Part shown: positions 54,725 through 64,000 of the stretch, one piece after another | Numbering within the stretch: the first letter of the stretch is position 1 | How the letters are laid out: each line of letters opens with the position of its first letter | Assembly (NCBI RefSeq): GCF_009914755.1 | Contig: NC_060929.1 | DNA from: the human T2T-CHM13v2.0 reference genome, Homo sapiens | Strand: one strand, 5' to 3' | Length of the DNA: 64,000 nt | Notes under the pieces: generated by a model | What the model saw: the letters and a program-made list of their open reading frames with translations, nothing else | What the model was told of the DNA's origin: nothing | Databases searched by the model: none | Position numbers and translations under genes: made by a program

Positions 54725-55707
54725 TAACGGAAAACCAATCAGGAGGAATACTCATTTTCAGGAAGGGAGGCGAGGGAATACTGGCTTAACTGGACCACAA
54801 TTTGAGAACAAATGAAAACAAATTATGTTCTCTTCATCGGGAGTCACAGGAGAAATTATTTTGACTTAAACTATTGTCCAACATAGTTATTGGATAAAAT
54901 CATCTTTCTTCGAAGGAATAAAAAGCAAGCTTTCGTTTCAATTTAAGTGAAAAAATTAAAATATTAATTTAAAGTCAGCTCCATTTGAAGTAATTTACTT
55001 CATCAGAGTTGCCAAGAGATTCATTTCGTTATTCGCTGTTGAAGAGAAAGTTCACCTTTAGGTTTACCTGAAACTTACTGTGAAGAAAAAGCATTCAAAG
55101 TTAATTGTGATTGAAAACCCCAAACATATTTTTTCATACAAGACCCCAAAGGACATACAGATTTATGCTTAGAGACTGGCTGCATGTGTGGGGCTAAGGG
55201 GACAGCTGGGGAGATTTACGTTTAACAGTTGATTAACTGACCTACTAGCCAATTTACCTAGGCATGCTTCATACATTCAAGTTTTATTTTTTACCTTTTT
55301 AGTTAATTTGATATGTAAATTAAGCACACCAACTTTTACTCCTCTAAGAACCAATGCCATTAACCAAACTTCCGTAAATGTGTGAGCTGCATTTTCAATT
55401 AGATTGCATCTGATGTAGAAAGCTTCATCCTTTAGAAAATGCTTCAGTCTCCAGTAGAACCAATCATATCAATGATTCTCAAGGTGTTGTAAGATGGCCA
55501 GTGGTAGATATTACTGTGAAAAAGGAGCAACATTGTGTGTTAACTAAGAAAGCTACCCTTGGCATTCTGTACCCACAATGAATGCCTGTAGATACATAAT
55601 CTAATATTAAAGTGACAGGCATTGCTTAGTCAAAAGCAAGAGGTACATGTAGAATAAGGCGCTTTTTAGAGCCTAGGCTTTTAATCTGTTTATAGAAAAC
55701 AATTTAA

Positions 55708-55765
55708 GGAAGGAAGAGAAAGATGAAGGAAGGAAGGAAGGAGAAAAAGAAGGAAAGAAAGAAAG
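55708..55765. repeat. (GGAA/GAAA)n purine repeat
   Basis: aaggaaggaagagaaagatgaaggaaggaaggaaggagaaaaagaaggaaagaaagaaag. Confidence 0.75.
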
Positions 55766-56379
55766 TCATTTAGTTTGTCAAACAGTTCCTGATATTTGTA
55801 ATTTATGTTTTCCTTAGATTACTAGACTTTATGTAAAAAAAACAATTATGCGTACTCTTAGTTCCAAAAAATTAGAAAATCTACATTTTGTGCAATTGAT
55901 TCCCCACATTTTAGAATTACTTCTTTTTATAATTATATGAAAGTATGTCATTTACGAATCGTTGCTGCCATATATTTCTCTATATATTATCCAACAATTT
56001 AAAAATGTGAATGATCCGTGCACTATCAGATCTCTATTTGGGAGTCCCTCTGACAATATATTATTGAATGATTAAATTTCCAGGATAGATGGGATTTTTA
56101 ATAATGATTATTAATATTGCCTTGAGAGAGCAAAATACTGAAATAGGAAACTAAGTTGCTTCTTTGCACCTATTTTTAAATTACATGGTTTCATGACATG
56201 TTCAGACTGTAGTGAGGTTGATGATTTTTAAATAGACAAGATTTGTTAATATCTATCTCTTTCAGACAAATAGTAATTCTCTTCTAAAACATATTTGCTT
56301 TACTTTTGACAAACTAATGCTGAAATATCACATATTTTCCTTACACCATTTTTTTGCATGTATAACTTATTCTTTCATA

Positions 56380-56830
56380 AATTCATTCATTCACCTGACA
56401 TTTTATATGTGTGTAGTATATTTGGGGACTTTAATAGCTTAAAAAAAGTATCTTTCAATGTGGAAAATATGGAATAGTGAAAAAAACAGGCATTAATCAA
56501 AGACATAATTATTTAATCTAAAATTTTAATAAGTCTATGAGAAAAGAATACAAGGTCTTATGAAACATTTGGGAGACATTATCCAAGGTTGAAATCTGGG
56601 AAAACTTATAGAAGAAAATGACATTTGAGCTAAACTCAGAGGATTGAAATGGCATTCATTTAATAGGTAACATGTCAGGCAGATAGATAAATGAGATGTC
56701 ATAAATCCTTGAGGGAGAAAAGAGCATGCATGAAGAATTAAAGGAACTGAAAGAAGGCTCATTGTGGACAGACAGTAAGGGAGAGAAGACCCAGGGACTA
56801 TGAGAGCGTGCAGCAATCTAGAAACGTCAG
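56380..56830 (-). mobile_element. L2 fragment
   Basis: (ATTC)n tail; 'gaagaaaatgacatttgagcta' and 'aaggaactgaaagaaggc'. Confidence 0.55.
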
Positions 56831-58342
56831 AATGAAAATTTACTTTTATTTAAGGGAAAAGATACAAATGGAATCAGAGTGATATTTTGTTCTTAGCAAT
56901 TTCTTACATTTGATTTTATAATTGTACACTTTAAACAATTTTACTCCTGCTGAAAAAAATTCTAGATATTTCTGTTTTATATGCCACCTCCAAGTGGCAG
57001 TAGTATGTCAAGGCCTTACCATATGTCAAATAGTAAGATTTAATTATAGATAACATGTAATGAAAATTTTCTTTGAAAACATATAATGCATATATCTATA
57101 AATTAAAACTAAAGCAACGTTAAACTCATTTTCATAGAAAACACTAGAAAAATAAAGGTATGATTTGAAAATTTTATGATATATTTTATATCATCATCAT
57201 AAACATTCTTAGTTCTCTATAACATAAAAAATGTGCAGGATTAAATTGAGCATTCAAATTTTAGAAGCACAAAATTTAACTTGAAATTATATCAAGTAAG
57301 ACAAAATTGTTATGTTAGGAGTTTGAATAATTATGTCACATAAATTATTTTTTATCCATCCATGGGCAAAATTGTTGTTGCTACCTGAGCTTGAGTATGT
57401 TTATAGAATAGTTATAAATTATTATAGAAAAGTCAAATGTAAGTCTTTTAATATTTTGTTTTCCAAGTGTTGCTATTCATAACAATGTACTGTCAGTTAC
57501 ACATTTTCAGTTCAATGAGAGTATTTATTTTAGACTGTCATGCTATGTGCTATTCTCAATAGGCATTTTCAATCTCTTTGCATTGAGAGCTGCTAAGATT
57601 ATCACTGATTTCATCCATAATGCAAAATAATTAATACCAAAACCTAGTTATTTATGTTAAGCTATGAAATTTTATTTTCAAAGAGCAAGAGTAAATAGAA
57701 AGAATTCTGTATAATAGCAACAAACAGTGTTTACAGAAAGGAATATGCACATGGATATTCTCGTTTGAATAGTCTGTGTCTTGAGAAATGAATGGTACAA
57801 AAGAACCAAAGAGTATTTTCATGTTGAAATGTTCTAATATCGAATTTCAAATCAAACTTTCTTCTGTAGATTTATAGAGACTCTTTGTTTAGAAAAGATC
57901 ATGTAACAATTTATTTGTCTAACCACCTCTCCTTACCCCCATGGTATAATGAAGATTAGAATATGTTTGAAGCCAGAAAAAAATACATATGAATCAACAT
58001 GAGTCATTCTCTAAAATTTTTTCATTTATTTTGTTGTGAAAAATTGGGTACCTTTACGTAGCAAAACATTCAGCAGTATGGTTTAGTTGAGTGTAATATT
58101 TTTGTGGGAGTTTACAACAAATAAGCTGTTAACTGACTGGTAAAAGAGCTTCTTGAAAAAATATATTCAGCCTCAGTCATTTGATTTTTTTCAAAATTAA
58201 TATAAGAGCCTAATAGGTAAATTATTGATTCATCCTGATATGATACAAGCCAATTAAAAACTCCATAGGATTCAAGTCAACCAATACTTTTACCCCGTCA
58301 ACATATTGGATAACACTTCATTTTATTTAAAAAGTTTTTCAG

Positions 58343-59517
<1,175 letters not shown>

Positions 59518-61780
59518 AATTTTAGCTTTACAGTTTAAATTCCTTTTCATAATGGTGTATTTTCAGAGAACTTACCTCTCAGGATCCACAAAAGAAATAT
59601 AATAAGTAAAATATTTTTATTTGAATTACTTCAAATATGAACATGCTTTCTTTCTGACCTTATAAGTTTATGACAACATTTTTTGAAAGAACAGGTGGAT
59701 GAAAATGAACCAATCATTATGGAATTACTAATCTCATTTCACTATCAGGACATCTTTGTAGGGGGTGGGTGGAAGTACTTTAGTGTTCTCCATTAACACA
59801 GGCTCACAGGTAGGCCTTTATGTATTTATGTTTTCAGTGTACTTCTGGAATATTCATTTAAGTTTGCCTCCTCAGAATTATGTGATATTAAACTCCAGTA
59901 ACTTCTTTATTTAGATAGTTCAAAGATTTCCACTTTATCTTTAAAATTGTTCATTGTCAAGAGGAACTGACTTTTTCTGAAGAAGCTTGTGGTATCTTAA
60001 TGTAGTTCTTGAAACACCTCTAAATAAATTAATATTAATTATATTACATTGTCCTGGTTATTACAGTCATACACAGTTATACATCATTTAGGAGTTTGTT
60101 ACTATAGGAAGACTTGCTAAAAAAACTGAATTCCAAATAGAAAATTGGTCATTTTTTATGAATCACTGCCTACTCCAGGGAAATATATTTTCAACTTCTT
60201 TGACCATTAGACAAGAGAAGACCCATGTGAAATAAGCTATAAATACATTAATTCCAGACGAGACCTTGGCATCCATGATGGGTTACAGAATAGATAACAG
60301 TGGAGATAATGCGGGCCTGAGGAAAGCGGGGAAATAATACACAATAACAGAGAAACCTGGCTTCATAACCTGTTTATTGTTTTTTTGAAGGTGAGGAGGG
60401 ACAGTAAGGGGCCTAACATTTGTACATGAGAGACATTTTCTCATCTTGCTGTTTATCTATGCACTGATTAGGCTTATTTGTGCTTAGACCAAACTGACTT
60501 AGTGAGACCCAAAAGAAAAGGGAAAATAAGATTTTCCTTAAAAATTTCCTATGTGAAATGATACCATTATGTGAGACCAACAATTATTAACTTCTATATT
60601 CCTAGATTGTGTAACAGGATAAAAAGTCATAAATATATTATTTCTTTTATATCTAGCTCAGAAGTTTAAAGAATGATATTTGGTTATAAGTTTCTATTTC
60701 TTCGTAGGTTTATAAATCAATTTAGCTCAAGTAGGGAAAATACTCATTACGAGATAGTTATTTAGCTTAGTCAGTGGAAAGCAGTAGATGGAAAATGAAA
60801 AAATGAAAGTTGAAGTTTCAATAATGTATATAATATATTTTCTCAGGTACAGAATGGGCAAAATGCTGGTGAAATAGATCAGACAACAATGTAAGACTTT
60901 TTCATCTCTTTCATTAAAAAGTTATGTAAAGATAAATTAGGATAATATTATTGATAATGTCAAATGTCACACTAAGGATTTTTTATTTTTCCACGAATAG
61001 ATGAGGAAACATTAATTGTTGTGAGCAGAGGAATGATATGACTTTGGTTTTGAGCAGAGGAGTTAGCAGAGCAATGAGTGAGCATTTGTAAAAGGTCAAT
61101 CTGGTGTACAAAGTAGATTTGGAGGGAAGTAAACCAAAGAAATTTAAGGAAAATACAAGTCAAATGAATTAAATGGTCTAAAGAAGCCCAGGAGCGGAGC
61201 GAATAAGAAATGGCCTTTGAATCTGACAATCAGTCACTCATTTGTGAAAGTATAATTTCAGCACAGAAATAGGGTTGGAAATAAGACCACAGGAGGTTAA
61301 AACGTCTTTTGCATGCTGCAAATAATAAGTTACCATTCAAGTAAGAGGAAGAACAGGTACGTAACTGAGCCAAGAACAAAAAGAAATGTCCCCATTTGTT
61401 GAGACAAGTCAGAAGCCATGAGTTTTGCTTGAATAAATTTAGAAATTTTTAGTTAAATAATGGAGTCTTAGAAACTTGATGAGTAAAGAATGGTGAGTGA
61501 TCTATATCTGTGTGTTTATTTTTTATTAAAATTACACTTGCTTCAGAATTCAGATCAGTGTGAGAATGGTGACAATGGTGATGGTGATGATAGTGATGAA
61601 TTAGGTATAAGAAACATTTTAGTTCTTACTATATGCCAATCACTGTGCCAGATTCTTTCACATACATTGCCTTGTTCAATTCTTACAACTGCCATATGAG
61701 ATATATAATATCATTATTCAAATTTGAATAAAAAAGTTCTTCAGTTATGTAATTATATGTACTCTAACATCCCTTGAGTT

Positions 61781-62632
61781 TTATTATATATTTATATATA
61801 ATATATATAACTTATATATTATATATAATATCTTATATATTATATATTTATATATTATATATAATATATATTTATAAATCTCTATAAATGTATATAAATA
61901 TTATATATAATATATAAGTTATATATTATATATAATATATGTTATATAATATAATATATAACATATATAATATATATATTATATAATATATAAAAGTAAA
62001 GATTTATCAGTATCGTATTCATCTGCTGAGGAAGACAACTTTTTACAATTTTGCTTATGTTTTAGTTATATCAGGAAGAAAATAGAATATTTCTAAAAAT
62101 ATTCCACTTAATATATAATATATAAATATGATATATAAATATAAATATAAATATATAATATATAATTATATATTATAAATTATATATTATAATATATAAT
62201 ATAATATATAATTAGATATTATAATATAAAAATATAAATATAAAATAATATATAAATATATAATATATAATATATAATATATAACATATAAATATTATAT
62301 GTTATATATAAATATATGTTATATGATGTATATAAATATATAATATATAACATATATATTATATGTTATATATTATACTATATACTATATACTATATAAT
62401 ATATAGTATATAGTATATATTATATAATATATAGTATATAGTATATATTATATAATATATAGTATGTATTTTATTATGTATATTATATATTATATATTAT
62501 ATAATTATATGTAATTATATATAATCTATATTATATAATATATTTATATTTTATATATTATATATAATATATATCGTTATATATTATTATATATTTATAT
62601 ATAATATATAAAGTATTTATATATTATATATT
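61781..62632. repeat. Long TA-rich low-complexity tract, split by an inverted duplicate of its right flank
   Basis: Nearly pure A/T (TATAA, TATAT and TATAG-type units) at 61781-61991 and 62110-62632. Confidence 0.92.
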
Positions 62633-62749
62633 AAGCAGAATATTTTTAGAAATATTGTTTTCTTCCTGATATAACTAAAACATAAGCAAAATTGTAAAAA
62701 GTTGTCTTCCTCAGCAGATGAATATGATATTGATAACATCTTTACTTTT
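61992..62749. repeat. Inverted repeat with ~137-bp arms (61992-62128, 62614-62749) around a 485-bp AT spacer
   Basis: Manual reverse-complement alignment: the arms differ by about 5 substitutions and 2 small indels. Confidence 0.93.
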
Positions 62750-63020
62750 CTTTATTGCTAACTCTATACCATTGGTAAATTAAAAATTAAGAGCAAGGTC
62801 AAAAGATATGGATCAAAACCTCGTAGTTCAATAGTCAGAAACCATGAGGTATAAGGAGAGTGAAAATATTTTACTTGATAATGCTATAGAAAATTGGGAA
62901 TAGAATATCATAGAGTGTACAAACCAGAGAGGAGAAAATGCTTGTGTTGAAACCTAGGGTTGATCATTTTTCAGCTGTATTATGTGAGTAAGTTTTTTTC
63001 ACTTCTTTCTTTTGTCATTT

Positions 63021-63205
63021 TGGGAGGGGGGAGGGTAACATTAGGAGATATACCTAATGCTTAATGACGAGTTAATGGGTGCAGCACACCAACATGGCAC
63101 ATGGATACATATGTAACAAACCTGCACGTTGTGCACATGTACCCTAAAACTTAGAGTATAATAATAATAAAATTTAAAAAAAATCTAAAAAAAATAAAAA
63201 ATAAT
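63021..63205 (+). mobile_element. Young L1PA (PA2-4-like) 3' stub with A-rich tail
   Basis: 'ggagatatacctaatg...gacgagttaatgggtgcagcacaccaacatggcac...gtaccctaaaactta'. Confidence 0.88.
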
Positions 63206-63206
63206 A

Positions 63207-63726
63207 ATTTCAACTTTTATTTTAGATTCAAGGGATGCATGTTTGGCCTCTTATGTGGATATATTGCAAGATGCTGTGGTTTGAAGTATGATTGACCCTG
63301 TCAGGCAGGTACTGGGCATAGTATCCAATACCTAGTTTTTCAACCCTTATCTTTTTCATTCCTTCCACCCATCAGTCTCCAGCGTCTATTGTTGCTATCT
63401 TTATGTCCATGAGTGCCTGTTGTTTAGCTCCGAATTATGTGAGAACATGCAGTATTTGATTTTCTATGCCTGTGTTAGTTCACTTAGGATAATGATCTCT
63501 AGCTGCGTCCATGTTACTGCAAATAATATGATTTCATCCATTTTTATGGCTGCATAGTATTCTGTGGTGTATATGTACCATATTTTCTTTATCCAGTCCA
63601 CTGTCGAGGACCACCTAGGTTGATTTTATGTCTTTTGTTATTGTGAATAATGCTGTGATGAACTATGAGTACACATGCCTTTCTGGTAGAATTATTTATT
63701 TCTTTTGGATACATACCCAGTAATAG
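63207..63726 (-). mobile_element. L1PA15/16-like 3' end
   Basis: 'caacttttattttagattcaaggg...catagtatccaata...gtgagaacatgcagtatttg'. Confidence 0.8.
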
Positions 63727-64000
63727 TGTTACTGGTGGTGACCCTTGACTATGAGTAGTCCAGGTTCTTGTTGTTTTAAACAAAGAATCGGAGAAAATGC
63801 ACAAAAAAGCAACAAAAGAATAAAGCAATGAAAGCACAGATTTACTGAAAGAAAAGTGTACTCCAGAGTGGGAGGGGGCTCAAGCAAGTGGCTCAAGCTC
63901 TGGTTACAGAATTTTCTGGGGTTTAAATACCCTCTAGTGGTTTCCCATTGGTTACTTAGTTTACACCCTATGTAAATGAAGGAATGACCTGCAACTAGTC
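63727..64000 (-). mobile_element. MER51-like ERV1 LTR (runs off the window), inserted in the L1
   Basis: 'tgttactggtgg...tccaggttcttg...aacaaagaat...ttttctggggtttaaataccctctag'. Confidence 0.75.

Overview
This is AT-rich primate DNA, most likely human or another great ape, judging from an AluYe-lineage Alu, an LTR7-type HERV-H and a young L1PA. I can support no protein-coding exon; it reads as intergenic or deep-intronic sequence, and nearly all listed ORFs are repeat-derived or chance. The main element is a two-LTR HERV-H provirus on the minus strand (5532-11378, 5847 bp, TACAT target-site duplication). It has a tRNA-His PBS, a PPT, defective gag/pro/pol and LTR7up-like LTRs. The window also holds about ten Alus, several L1PA/L1M fragments, MaLR, ERV1 and ERV-L relics, MER5/MER63 DNA transposons, MIR/L2 debris and a full-length U4 snRNA retrocopy. 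I found no convincing new gene system. The most unusual signals are structural scars read directly from the sequence: (1) a ~760-bp PATRR-like quasi-palindrome, with ~137-bp inverted arms around a nearly pure AT spacer (61992-62749); (2) a 43-bp locally templated insertion only in the HERV-H 3' LTR that adds an inverted SOX-type motif; (3) an L1 3' transduction; (4) an old twin-primed inverted L1; (5) an AluY without TSDs that may mark a recombination deletion. Subfamily names come from recalled consensus features and need RepeatMasker/Dfam confirmation.
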